A program made the position numbers and the translations under genes. The notes under the pieces are model-generated. The model did not search any database. It saw only the letters and a list, made by a program, of their open reading frames with translations, and was not told the DNA's origin. A stretch of 55,425 nt of DNA from a virus. Lineage: Duplodnaviria; Caudoviricetes. The stretch's first letter is position 1. Each line of letters begins with the position of its first letter. The stretch covers positions 1 through 55,425 of IMG/VR virus record IMGVR_UViG_3300037420_001739; one strand, given 5' to 3'. Below are positions 1-8,049 of the stretch, piece after piece.

Positions 1-152
1 ACAGTTTTCTTCTTTGGCATAACGGATCAATTTTGAATTAACATGAACTCTTTATAGATATCGTTGAATTGCTTTGCTGCATACTCCGCTAAAGAGCTAT
101 CACGGAAGCAAAGGCGGGAGCCGACAGACGAGTAGACGTAGTGGCAGTAGAC
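1..152. repeat. Terminal direct repeat (copy of 55274-55425); circular-genome assembly overlap
   Basis: 1-126 is identical to 55274-55399; the last 26 bp differ at 8 positions, all inside the DGR variable repeat. The gene stopping at 27 is followed by the start of the 54811-55293 gene in both copies. Confidence 0.95.
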
Positions 153-512
153 GCAAAACAGACGAAAGCCAGAACCCTGCATAAAGAACCAGGGATAATG
201 TTTTTCCTCACTATCGTCATCCCAATCAGGTATCCATCCTTCATTCAGAGCGGATGTAATTACAATCAATTTGCAGTAAGCATTTATAGAGCTGATATGC
301 TTATCCAGGAACTGGCTGTGTGATGAATGCAGCACGTCTGCAGGATCAATCCCTAAAACTGTACAGGCGTCTTCAAACGATTTTACTTTATCTGTGATGT
401 TCTCAGGAACAATTTTACCGAACAGCGATTCAAGCAATTGTTTGCCTTTATCATCAGCTTTTGTGAAGGCACTTAGCACTTCAGATCTGGAAGGTGTTTG
501 TAATTCTTGCAT
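27..512 (-). CDS. DGR target protein 1 (remote target, ~161 aa, unknown function)
   Basis: Likely start MQELQ at 512, just after the polymerase stop. Paralogous to 6696-7082 and 7092-7550 (VKSFEDAC..LG, ALNEGWxPDW, YPWF, GFRL..VGSRLCF). Contains the VR at 108-175. Confidence 0.9.
   Translation of the reverse strand: MQELQTPSRSEVLSAFTKADDKGKQLLESLFGKIVPENITDKVKSFEDACTVLGIDPADVLHSSHSQFLDKHISSINAYCKLIVITSALNEGWIPDWDDDSEEKHYPWFFMQGSGFRLFCVYCHYVYSSVGSRLCFRDSSLAEYAAKQFNDIYKEFMLIQN
108..175 (-). repeat. DGR variable repeat VR1
   Basis: 68-bp ungapped match to the TR at 6515-6582 with 15 mismatches, all at TR adenines (coding strand). Confidence 0.95.
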
Positions 513-522
513 TGTTATAGTT

Positions 523-2481
523 TTAATCTTTTTTATAGTAAAGTGTTTCGTAACTCTCTGCTTTGAGCGGTAGTCCTTTCGCCCAGGGAATTGGAGTTCC
601 CATGATTCTGTCAACTTCTTTTGTGGATCCTTTGCCTTCCGGCATTTCCATCACAACTTCATCATGCACATGCATCACTATTTTATAACCGGTTCTGTGC
701 AGTCTTAAAATCGCATCCGCTAGTACATCCCTTGCAACTGCCTGTACAATGTTCTCGACAAGCTTACCGCCGTAGGTCTGTTGTAAACTCCATTGCTTTG
801 TTGTTTGATCCATTCCTTCGTAGTACAGTGACATACCTCCAAACTTGTTTGCTCTAAGCTGTGGTTTCAAATAAGAAAGCCTTCTTTTGCTGGGAAGTTC
901 AATGAAGAGAATTCCTTTTTCCTTAATGAATCGTATGCCGTGTGAAATGGATGTTGGACCGTCAGTCATTGCGTTTAGTGCAGCATCTTCAACAGTGTTC
1001 CAGTAAGCAACGATCTTTTTATTCGCCTGGCGCCACATGGCAACAAGCTTTGGAAGTTCCTCTTCCGGAATGCGTTTTTCTTTTGGTGTTTTATTCCCGA
1101 TCTCAATTCGTATGATAGCAGCAGGTCCGCCCTGGTAACCAAGTGCCAGCTCTGACATTTTTCCTTTTTGCCTGAGATCACTTCCTTTCGTTACGGATTC
1201 AATCGGCACTTTGAACATTTGCGATGCAGAGGCTTCATAGATCTTTCCATGCGTGTTAAATACATCGAGTCTCCATTTTTCACCCGATAACCAGGCGATC
1301 ACTCTTGCTTCAATGGCTGCAAAGTCAGCAACGATAAAACGGTGACCTGGTGAAGCAACAAAGGCCGTGCGTACAAGCTGAGACAGCGTATCAGGAACAG
1401 AATCGAATAACAGTTCGAGCGAATCAAGATCACCGGCTCTCACCAACTGCCTTGCGATATCAAGGTCCTGCATCTCATTACGCGGAAGGTTTTGCACCTG
1501 TACCAATCTTCCTGCCCACCTGCCTGTCCTGTTAGCGCCATAGTATTGCAACAGTCCTCGAACACGGTTGTCGGGACAAATCGCTTTTGTCATGGCAACA
1601 TATTTCTTCACCGAGGTTTTGGACATTTCCTGTCGCAGCTCCAAAACTCTTTTTACGGTAGGATCAGTAATTGCGTCAATGGATTCCGCTATCGATGCTT
1701 TATTTAAACTCGGCGCATCTACCCCTTCATTCAGCAACCAATCTTTTAACTGCGCAACACTATTCGGGTTAGAAAGCCCTGTTATCTCGACAGCTTCCTG
1801 CGTTAATAGTTGCTGGTGCTGGTAATCGAGTTTAATAGCGTTGTGAACAAATTCAGGATCTACAAGGATGCCAGTATCGTTAATTGTTTGATCAATATGC
1901 CAAAGAATTTTTTCAGTTGTCGGAGGTTCAAAGAATGCGATCTTACCGCGAATAGCCTGTTCCACTTCAACATCTTTTACGCAGTATGCTTTGAACTGGT
2001 TCCATTTTTCAGGATTGTGCTGCGGCAGGTTCCTGGTTCTTCCGCCATTTACTTTTGTAGGCTTGCAGGGAAGAGAGAAATATTTGATCAGCGCTTTACC
2101 TGCTGCATCTTTTTGCGCTTGCAGTTTGAGGATCTTCGCCACAGCTTCCAGAGACAACGGGAGTCCAAGCATGGTAGATTTTGCCATGGTGCACTCCCAT
2201 TGATCAACAGGAAGAGACAGTTTGAAGTGTTTGCGAATACAAACACGTTCGAAATTGGCGTTGTGGGCTGTCTTTATTATACTCGGGTTAGTAAGTGCGT
2301 AAAGAATATGCGAAGGCAGTTGTTCGCCTTGTGCCAGGTCAACGATTTCAACAGGGTCGTTATTGAGAGAATAAGCAAACATCAGGATCTCGAAATCCGG
2401 TGCTTCCACGTAGCGGTATACACCCGACTTTGTAAGGTCAATTGATGAATAAGTTTCGATATCGATTCCTAGTGTTTGCAT
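523..2481 (-). CDS. polA: Phage family A DNA polymerase (3'-5' exonuclease plus polymerase domain)
   Basis: ExoI DIETYS, ExoII HNANFER, ExoIII YCVKD, motif A DFAAIEAR, motif B RQKGKMSELALGY, motif C HVHDE. Confidence 0.95.
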   Translation of the reverse strand: MQTLGIDIETYSSIDLTKSGVYRYVEAPDFEILMFAYSLNNDPVEIVDLAQGEQLPSHILYALTNPSIIKTAHNANFERVCIRKHFKLSLPVDQWECTMAKSTMLGLPLSLEAVAKILKLQAQKDAAGKALIKYFSLPCKPTKVNGGRTRNLPQHNPEKWNQFKAYCVKDVEVEQAIRGKIAFFEPPTTEKILWHIDQTINDTGILVDPEFVHNAIKLDYQHQQLLTQEAVEITGLSNPNSVAQLKDWLLNEGVDAPSLNKASIAESIDAITDPTVKRVLELRQEMSKTSVKKYVAMTKAICPDNRVRGLLQYYGANRTGRWAGRLVQVQNLPRNEMQDLDIARQLVRAGDLDSLELLFDSVPDTLSQLVRTAFVASPGHRFIVADFAAIEARVIAWLSGEKWRLDVFNTHGKIYEASASQMFKVPIESVTKGSDLRQKGKMSELALGYQGGPAAIIRIEIGNKTPKEKRIPEEELPKLVAMWRQANKKIVAYWNTVEDAALNAMTDGPTSISHGIRFIKEKGILFIELPSKRRLSYLKPQLRANKFGGMSLYYEGMDQTTKQWSLQQTYGGKLVENIVQAVARDVLADAILRLHRTGYKIVMHVHDEVVMEMPEGKGSTKEVDRIMGTPIPWAKGLPLKAESYETLYYKKD

Positions 2482-2494
2482 TGAATAAGTTGTT

Positions 2495-2539
2495 TGCCCC
2501 TGTAAAGGATTCGAACCTTTACAAGCACCATTCAGGGAA
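2495..2539 (-). other. tRNA-like minihelix (T-loop hairpin plus acceptor-like stem) upstream of polA
   Basis: Minus strand TCCCTG-AATGGTGCT-TGTAAAGG-TTCGAAT-CCTTTACA-GGGGCA; canonical TTCGAAT T-loop, no D or anticodon arm. Confidence 0.5.
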
Positions 2540-2806
2540 TTAAACCAATACGCCTCCTATCACCTCAATGCTTGCATTACAAGTGGTGTATTGCGGTTCG
2601 TCATTGACAAAATAACCGTGTCCACTTGCAGCCAGTTTCAATACTGGTGGCTGCGTTTTGTTCATGTTTTGCTGTACCAGTCCAATCAAGTGCGGAAGAG
2701 CCGCATCATATTCCGTTTTTGAAGGCCCGGTTAAAGTTGCGCTCTGATCTTCCAAAGCCTTAACGATCTTGTCTGGATTTCCGATAAAATATGCTGACCA
2801 TGACAT
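2540..2806 (-). CDS. Hypothetical protein
   Basis: ATG-started ORF in the co-oriented operon. Confidence 0.7.
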   Translation of the reverse strand: MSWSAYFIGNPDKIVKALEDQSATLTGPSKTEYDAALPHLIGLVQQNMNKTQPPVLKLAASGHGYFVNDEPQYTTCNASIEVIGGVLV

Positions 2807-2844
2807 AATATTTGCTCTGTTACCTATACACAGAAAGGTTTTAT

Positions 2845-3030
2845 TTATCTTTCTCCGGCTTCTTTTTTAAGTGCATCCAGGTTATCAATAATGTACCTTC
2901 TTACTTCATCATGATTACAACCTTCGTTGTATAACCAAAGCAGGTATTTGGCAGGCACATCGACCATAGCTTTGCCTCTGTATTTGCCAAACGGCATTGG
3001 TGAATTATCAGTGAGCGTTTGAGTAGTCAT
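2845..3030 (-). CDS. DUF3820-like small protein
   Basis: MPFGKYRGK...VPAKYLLWL signature. Confidence 0.8.
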   Translation of the reverse strand: MTTQTLTDNSPMPFGKYRGKAMVDVPAKYLLWLYNEGCNHDEVRRYIIDNLDALKKEAGER

Positions 3031-3031
3031 G

Positions 3032-3247
3032 TTAATAAGAATAAGGTTGATAGCCTAGCGTTGCTTGAATGAAAGTGTCAGCTTTCAGGTGCTTCTTTTC
3101 ATCACTATTGCACGTGCAACATTTAGAACACTCCTGACAGTTGTCGCATACTTCAGTCTTATGATGCCCGTATCGCTGACCGCAACCGGGACAAGAGATT
3201 TGTTCCTTTGGAACTCCATATTGTTTATCTATATCGTGTTTGGACAT
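3032..3247 (-). CDS. Small Cys-rich putative zinc-binding protein
   Basis: CPGC, CDNC, CSKCCTC motifs. Confidence 0.7.
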   Translation of the reverse strand: MSKHDIDKQYGVPKEQISCPGCGQRYGHHKTEVCDNCQECSKCCTCNSDEKKHLKADTFIQATLGYQPYSY

Positions 3248-3307
3248 AAAAGGAGTTTTAAAAAGGGAGCAGAGTAGAAACTCACTCCCGTATTATGAGA
3301 ACATTGT

Positions 3308-3862
3308 TTAAATCAGATCATCATCTTTCTCGGCAACCGCTTCGAAATCATCTTCTGCTCTGCTGCGTCCTCCGAGAGGTTCACCGTCAGCAAGCTTCTG
3401 AATATTGTTCAGGCCTGCACCGATGCCTTTGTTTCCGTTTTTGTTGAACGGATAAAGATTGATGGATGCACGAACGTAACAGCCGCTGTACAGATCCGCT
3501 TGATCCAGAATAGGATTCATATCCTTGTCGACAAGACCAGGCTTTTGTTTACACTTCACGTTAATGAAGTAGTGACCTTCATACGTTTCATCACCTTCTT
3601 TCTCTGTGTCGCCATCGCGAAGAGGAAGTTTCAGGTTGGCAGTCTTGCCGCCGAATACTTTTGTTTTCCCGTTCTCAATAGCGTTTTTCTCAGCGGCTTT
3701 GATCTTGTTAATCGTCACCTTGTCCGATTTCGGGATCAATAGAGCGCAGGAATAAAACTTCTGTCCGCCATCTTCCATTGATGTAGGTTCGAACAGGTGT
3801 GCGTAACTCAGTCTGCATTTGCCGGTTACGACTTTGGTTGATTGTTCTTTTACTTCAGCCAT
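3308..3862 (-). CDS. Single-stranded DNA-binding protein (DUF2815/gp2.5-like)
   Basis: RLSYAHLFEP, LRDGD, YSGCY, GLNNIQKLADGEPLGG and an acidic C-terminal tail; usual position upstream of polA. Confidence 0.9.
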   Translation of the reverse strand: MAEVKEQSTKVVTGKCRLSYAHLFEPTSMEDGGQKFYSCALLIPKSDKVTINKIKAAEKNAIENGKTKVFGGKTANLKLPLRDGDTEKEGDETYEGHYFINVKCKQKPGLVDKDMNPILDQADLYSGCYVRASINLYPFNKNGNKGIGAGLNNIQKLADGEPLGGRSRAEDDFEAVAEKDDDLI

Positions 3863-3888
3863 TTTTCTAATTTTTAAATGTTTACGAT

Positions 3889-5070
3889 TTATATTTCTGT
3901 TTCGACGTAAGCTTCTTCAAAGTCCTTGCGTGCAGCGTCCACACTATTCAATTCCTCACGCTTATCACTAAGCGGCGCAAGTGTTGGTTTGCCTTGTGGT
4001 TTGATAATTAGATCGGACAACACGAGAGAAAATTCTTTCTTGCCGATCGCTTTCTCCATTGCGGTAATACCAAGCAATTCACGTTTGTAAATGAGGTCTT
4101 CAGCAAAACCTTTTTCAACCAGGCGTTGAGCGACTGCAGTATCATCGGAATAAGTCCTGTTGCTTCTGCCTTCCACCAGCTTAAAGCCTGGCCACTTCTT
4201 ACCATTCAACACGGACTCACTCAATGCGTATTCATTCACACTTTTTAGCCAGCTGGTGAAGTTTGCAGACCTTGCAAGAATGTCCGCGATCTCTTCATCC
4301 GTTAATAATTCAGGAGTAGCAAAATCGTGACGTGCGATCTCGAGATTGTAATCAGCATTTGCCTTGCAAACTGCTTTTGCTTTACAGAACTGGCAGTGTG
4401 TACCTGGTTCAAATTCACCTTCACCAGCAAAGGCGAGAGCTGCTTTAGGTTTTAATTCTAATTCTGCCCAGGTGAGTAGATCATCAACTGATATTTCAAA
4501 CGTTGAGAAGTTATCGATACGTGGTTGAAAGATCGTCATGCGAACAGTATCGATATCGTAAGCGAAGATGAATTCCTTCAAAGCGCCTAATGCATATAGC
4601 ATCATTTGCTTATTGTTTTCTGCTGATACAAGCACGCCCTTGCCGTACTTCAGATCAATGATCTCCATCGTACCGTCAGCAATGATTACGCAGTCACCAG
4701 TACCAAAACCTTCAGGCACATACTCGGTAAGGTTTAACTTATGTTCGAGGTAGATCACTGCATCCCTGGTATGTGACTGTGCTTCGTAAAAGCGTTCCAG
4801 GACAAACACAGAATAAGATTCTGCATGTTCCTGCATTGCTGTGTCGAACAATTCATTCGCTTCGATCTTTTTCAGGTCCCGCTGGTAAACCTGTTTACTG
4901 ATCCGCTTTAGTTTATGTTTCAGGATTAGTTCACCAAGCGAGTGCGCAAGTGTGCCTTCCTCTGCAACCTTTCCCGCTTTGTCGGGGAACTGTTGTTCGA
5001 GTCTTGCCGAAGGCGTACACGATAACCAGCGATGCGCACCCGAAGGTGAAAGAATAGCGTGTGCACTCAT
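3889..5070 (-). CDS. DUF2800 / Cas4-like PD-(D/E)XK exonuclease
   Basis: HAILSPSGAHRWLSC, GFGTGD, IIDLKYGKG, QMMLYALG, HCQFCKAKAVC. Confidence 0.9.
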   Translation of the reverse strand: MSAHAILSPSGAHRWLSCTPSARLEQQFPDKAGKVAEEGTLAHSLGELILKHKLKRISKQVYQRDLKKIEANELFDTAMQEHAESYSVFVLERFYEAQSHTRDAVIYLEHKLNLTEYVPEGFGTGDCVIIADGTMEIIDLKYGKGVLVSAENNKQMMLYALGALKEFIFAYDIDTVRMTIFQPRIDNFSTFEISVDDLLTWAELELKPKAALAFAGEGEFEPGTHCQFCKAKAVCKANADYNLEIARHDFATPELLTDEEIADILARSANFTSWLKSVNEYALSESVLNGKKWPGFKLVEGRSNRTYSDDTAVAQRLVEKGFAEDLIYKRELLGITAMEKAIGKKEFSLVLSDLIIKPQGKPTLAPLSDKREELNSVDAARKDFEEAYVETEI

Positions 5071-5071
5071 G

Positions 5072-5452
5072 TTAAGCAGCTTTAATTTTATCGTATACTT
5101 CTTTGAATTGGTCCGGCTTAAACTCGCTGAGTTTTTTCACACCGTATTCGTCGAGAATTGCTTTCACCTTTTCCTGTTTACCCGCGTCTTTCTTTTCCAG
5201 GTATAGCTGGCGGATATCAGTAAAAGAAATCTCCTGAGCCGTTTCCTGTGCTGTTGCTTCCGGTGCCGCAGCTTGTGCAGGAGGTGTTTCTTTTACCTCT
5301 TCTTTTACAGGCTCTGTTTTTTGTGCTTTAGATGCCTTCGCAGGGGAAGCAGTCATTTCTTTAACGGGTGCCTGCTGGCCACCGGAAAAGCCTTTCAATA
5401 ATTCGATCACGGCCGGATCGAGAGTGATCGTGTGTCTAACTAAGATTTCCAT
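5072..5452 (-). CDS. Conserved phage protein usually preceding DUF2800 (Ala/Pro/Glu-rich linker, helical C-terminus)
   Basis: C-terminal VKAILDEYGVKKLSEFKP pattern and gene context; its start overlaps the RT stop. Confidence 0.75.
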   Translation of the reverse strand: MEILVRHTITLDPAVIELLKGFSGGQQAPVKEMTASPAKASKAQKTEPVKEEVKETPPAQAAAPEATAQETAQEISFTDIRQLYLEKKDAGKQEKVKAILDEYGVKKLSEFKPDQFKEVYDKIKAA

Positions 5453-6414
5453 GATTCTGATTTTTGATTTATGATTTTGTTTAAAAGGTTTTTACTGTTG
5501 CAGTGCTTCGCCCAGCCATAGTAGGAAACAACGGACTGCATTCTCGGCGCTTTAGCTACCATGCGGGCAAAACGTTTCTTAATGCTTTTACGCAGCAGTG
5601 TGTGCGTGTGATAAAACTTATAGCCTACGAAGTCGATACCTCTTGCATGAACCGGAAACACCTGGTAGTTTTCTTTTACAGTTAGTTTTAACCTGGTTGA
5701 TAAATAGATTCTGATCTCGGTAAGCAATTCATGCAGATGTTCTTTGTTATCGGAAAGGATCACGATATCATCTGCGTATCTGAAGTAATAACGGACTTGC
5801 ATTGTTTCTTTGATCCAGTGATCAAACCAGGTGAGGTAATAGTTAGCAAGGAACTGAGACAGATAATTTCCTATCGGTAATCCTTCTGCGCTATCGATCA
5901 CTTCATCCAGTAACCAAAGAAGATCTTCGTCTTTGAATTTTCTGCGAAGCAGGTTTTTAAGGATAGTGTGATCAACAGAAGGATAGAACTTTTTGATATC
6001 AAGCTTCAAACAATATTTCGTTGCTGCTTCATCGTTCAAAGCCTTTCTAAGATTTCTTGCAGCCTTGTGGATGCCTCTTTTTTTAATACAACTGTAAGTA
6101 TCAGCTGTGAATGTTTTAACGAACACCGGTTCGATGATATTCATCACGGCATGATGCAGGATGCGATCAGGGTAATAAGGAAGACGGAAGATCTCTCGCT
6201 CTTTCGGCTCGTAAATTTTAAACGTTGTGTACGGAGAGGTCTTGTAGGTTTTATTCTTTAGCGACTCATGAAGCGCTAGTAAATTCTCCTGCCAATTGCT
6301 TCTGTGTTGAATTACTCCGTACTGGCCAGACTTGCGCTTTGATGCTTTCAAGTCTGCCAGTTGGAGATTTTCCAGTGTGATAATCCGTCCGTATATATTG
6401 CTGATCCGTTTCAT
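5440..6414 (-). CDS. DGR reverse transcriptase
   Basis: DRILHHA, LKLDIKKFYPS, GLPIGNYLSQ (DGR-type GxxxSQ), RYADD, GIDFVGY. Likely start MKRISNIY at 6414 (ORF extends to 6426). Adjacent to the TR. Confidence 0.96.
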   Translation of the reverse strand: MKRISNIYGRIITLENLQLADLKASKRKSGQYGVIQHRSNWQENLLALHESLKNKTYKTSPYTTFKIYEPKEREIFRLPYYPDRILHHAVMNIIEPVFVKTFTADTYSCIKKRGIHKAARNLRKALNDEAATKYCLKLDIKKFYPSVDHTILKNLLRRKFKDEDLLWLLDEVIDSAEGLPIGNYLSQFLANYYLTWFDHWIKETMQVRYYFRYADDIVILSDNKEHLHELLTEIRIYLSTRLKLTVKENYQVFPVHARGIDFVGYKFYHTHTLLRKSIKKRFARMVAKAPRMQSVVSYYGWAKHCNSKNLLNKIINQKSESWKS

Positions 6415-6514
6415 TCTTTGCTTCAATTGAGTCGCGTTCCTTTGCAGTACCGGCGCCTCGTTTCTTATGTTTATTTTTTACCTTGTTGGTAGGGTCTGTA
6501 CTTTCAAAAATTTT

Positions 6515-6582
6515 GCAATTGCGGGAGCTGACATTCGAGTTGTTGTAGTTGTAGTTGACGTTATTCAGACGAAAGCCAGAAC
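6515..6582 (-). ncRNA. DGR template repeat (TR)
   Basis: Non-coding; reads TCT GGC TTT CGT CTG AAT AAC GTC AAC TAC AAC TAC AAC AAC TCG AAT GTC AGC TCC CGC AAT TGC. It has 19 adenines, and three VRs differ from it only at A. Confidence 0.95.
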
Positions 6583-6695
6583 TAAAGAGGCTCGAACTTC
6601 GCTACGTGTTAGTACACAACCTTAATATGATTCCATCCACGGTTCGGTTGTTTTGAACCAGATGATAAAGCGTCTTATCAGGCGTTTGATCTTTC

Positions 6696-7082
6696 TCACA
6701 ACAGCATGAACTCTTTGTATAACTTTTTTATCTGTGGTTGTTTCACTGCCCACTCAGCTAACTCCCTACTCCGGAAGCAAAGGCGGGAGCCGACATTCGA
6801 GCAGTCGTAGCCGTAGCTGACGCAAAACAGACGAAAGCCAGAACGGTTATCGCTATCTTTATTCAAATCCCACCAGCCGTAATATTTTGGTTGATTCGTG
6901 TCCTGCCAATTTGGTTTCCAGTCCCCGTTCAAAGCCTGGACAATGATCATCAGTTTTCCTATTGCGATGAGTGCTTTTGCATGCTGCTTTGGAAAGCCAA
7001 CAACTTTAGGAGTTGCCTTCGCAGGATCCAGTTTGAGCGCCTTACATGCGGCCTCGAATGTTTTGATTTTTGGTTGTGACAT
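6696..7082 (-). CDS. DGR target protein 2 (128 aa)
   Basis: Paralog of targets 1 and 3; contains the VR at 6777-6844. Confidence 0.92.
   Translation of the reverse strand: MSQPKIKTFEAACKALKLDPAKATPKVVGFPKQHAKALIAIGKLMIIVQALNGDWKPNWQDTNQPKYYGWWDLNKDSDNRSGFRLFCVSYGYDCSNVGSRLCFRSRELAEWAVKQPQIKKLYKEFMLL
6777..6844 (-). repeat. DGR variable repeat VR2
   Basis: 68-bp match to the TR with 13 mismatches, all at TR adenines. Confidence 0.95.
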
Positions 7083-7091
7083 TGTAGATGA

Positions 7092-7550
7092 TTATGCAGT
7101 GAAGAATTGTTTATACAGGTCGAAGAATTGTGCAGCTGCGTATTCCGCTACTTCCCTTTTTTGGAAGCAAAGGCGGGAGCCGACATTCGAGTGGCCGTAG
7201 AGGTAGCGGACGTCAACCAGACGAAAGCCAGGTTTATTCATGTAAAACCAAGGGTAATACTTAGGTTCGTTAGAATTATTCCAATCCGGTGTCCATCCTT
7301 CGTTCAATGCCTTTATGATCACTTTTAGTTTACGATAGGCAATTTCATCTTCACTCATTTCATCATACCCAATTATTTCTGAACTGATGCCTAACACTTC
7401 ACACGCATCACCGTAGGTTTTAACGCGATCAGTAATTTTTTGTTGAAAGAATTTTTCACCGAATGTATCGTGAAGCATAGCCTTGAATTCTGATGAAGCA
7501 GTAGAGTAAAGCTTCAAGGCATTCTTTTCGTCAATCTGTAAATTTTTCAT
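7092..7550 (-). CDS. DGR target protein 3 (152 aa)
   Basis: Paralog of targets 1 and 2; contains the VR at 7167-7231. Confidence 0.92.
   Translation of the reverse strand: MKNLQIDEKNALKLYSTASSEFKAMLHDTFGEKFFQQKITDRVKTYGDACEVLGISSEIIGYDEMSEDEIAYRKLKVIIKALNEGWTPDWNNSNEPKYYPWFYMNKPGFRLVDVRYLYGHSNVGSRLCFQKREVAEYAAAQFFDLYKQFFTA
7167..7231 (-). repeat. DGR variable repeat VR3
   Basis: 65-bp match to the TR with 13 mismatches, all at TR adenines. Confidence 0.95.
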
Positions 7551-7594
7551 CTTGTATATTTGTACTATCGCTTGAATAAATTTTGTTTAGGTGA

Positions 7595-7628
7595 AAAAGC
7601 CCGGTTTCCTCCACGTTGCCGGGCTTTT
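7595..7628. terminator. Likely bidirectional intrinsic terminator upstream of the DGR cassette
   Basis: AAAAGCCCGG-N14-CCGGGCTTTT, with T tracts on both strands. Confidence 0.65.
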
Positions 7629-7758
7629 AATTTTACTCTCCTTCACTTTCCGTTTCTTCTTCTGTGCTTTCTGTTGGTACCGATGGATCGATGTCATCCG
7701 GACGATTGAAATGTTTGTTCATGTTTCTTGTTTTTGAATTATGAATAAAAAAGGATCT

Positions 7759-8049
7759 CTATTTTTCGATGAGCATCTGGCTCAGTTCAGAAACCTCCTT
7801 CAACCTTCTCTCATTAGCACTGTAGTAAACGAACCTTCCTTCCCTGGTTGTTTTTACAAATCCCTGCTTTCTCAGGATGGCCAGATGCGAAGAGGCTACT
7901 GATTGTTCCAGGCCTAAATCTTTATACAGTTGGGTAACACAAACCTTCCCATGTCTGAGCAAGTATCCATAGATCTCCCTACGGAGCTTGTGGTTGATGG
8001 CTCTGAGCACTTGTGAGGCTTCCTTGATTTGGGTTATCTGTATTTGCAT
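7759..8049 (-). CDS. ArsR/SmtB-family HTH transcriptional regulator
   Basis: LRAINHKLRREI, CVTQLY..LGLEQSVASSHLAILRKQGFVKTTREGRFVYY; likely start MQIQ at 8049. Confidence 0.9.
   Translation of the reverse strand: MQIQITQIKEASQVLRAINHKLRREIYGYLLRHGKVCVTQLYKDLGLEQSVASSHLAILRKQGFVKTTREGRFVYYSANERRLKEVSELSQMLIEK

Noticed and set aside
1810-2445. Long plus-strand ORFs antisense to polA, tape measure, primase and other genes
   Set aside because: They are shadow frames of well-supported minus-strand genes and have no recognisable motifs.
2495-2539. Functional tRNA genes here and at 14671-14719
   Set aside because: Both lack D and anticodon arms, so they are reported only as tRNA-like elements.
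3889-5070. Cas4-like gene as part of a CRISPR-Cas system
   Set aside because: It is the standard DUF2800 nuclease of the SSB-PolA replication module; no other cas genes or arrays are present.
5440-6426. RT as a group II intron, retron or Abi RT
   Set aside because: It has no maturase or endonuclease domain, and the GNYLSQ motif plus a TR with A-specific VRs identify it as a DGR RT.
6586-6606. T-loop-like GAAG-TTCGAGC just upstream of the TR
   Set aside because: The flanking stem pairs poorly, so it is not supportable as a third tRNA-like element.
108-7231. VR/TR copies or GTAGAAAC hairpins as CRISPR repeats
   Set aside because: They are not regularly spaced, have no spacers, and lie inside ORFs or are dispersed. 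The TTTCTAC resemblance to Cas12a repeats is only 7 nt.
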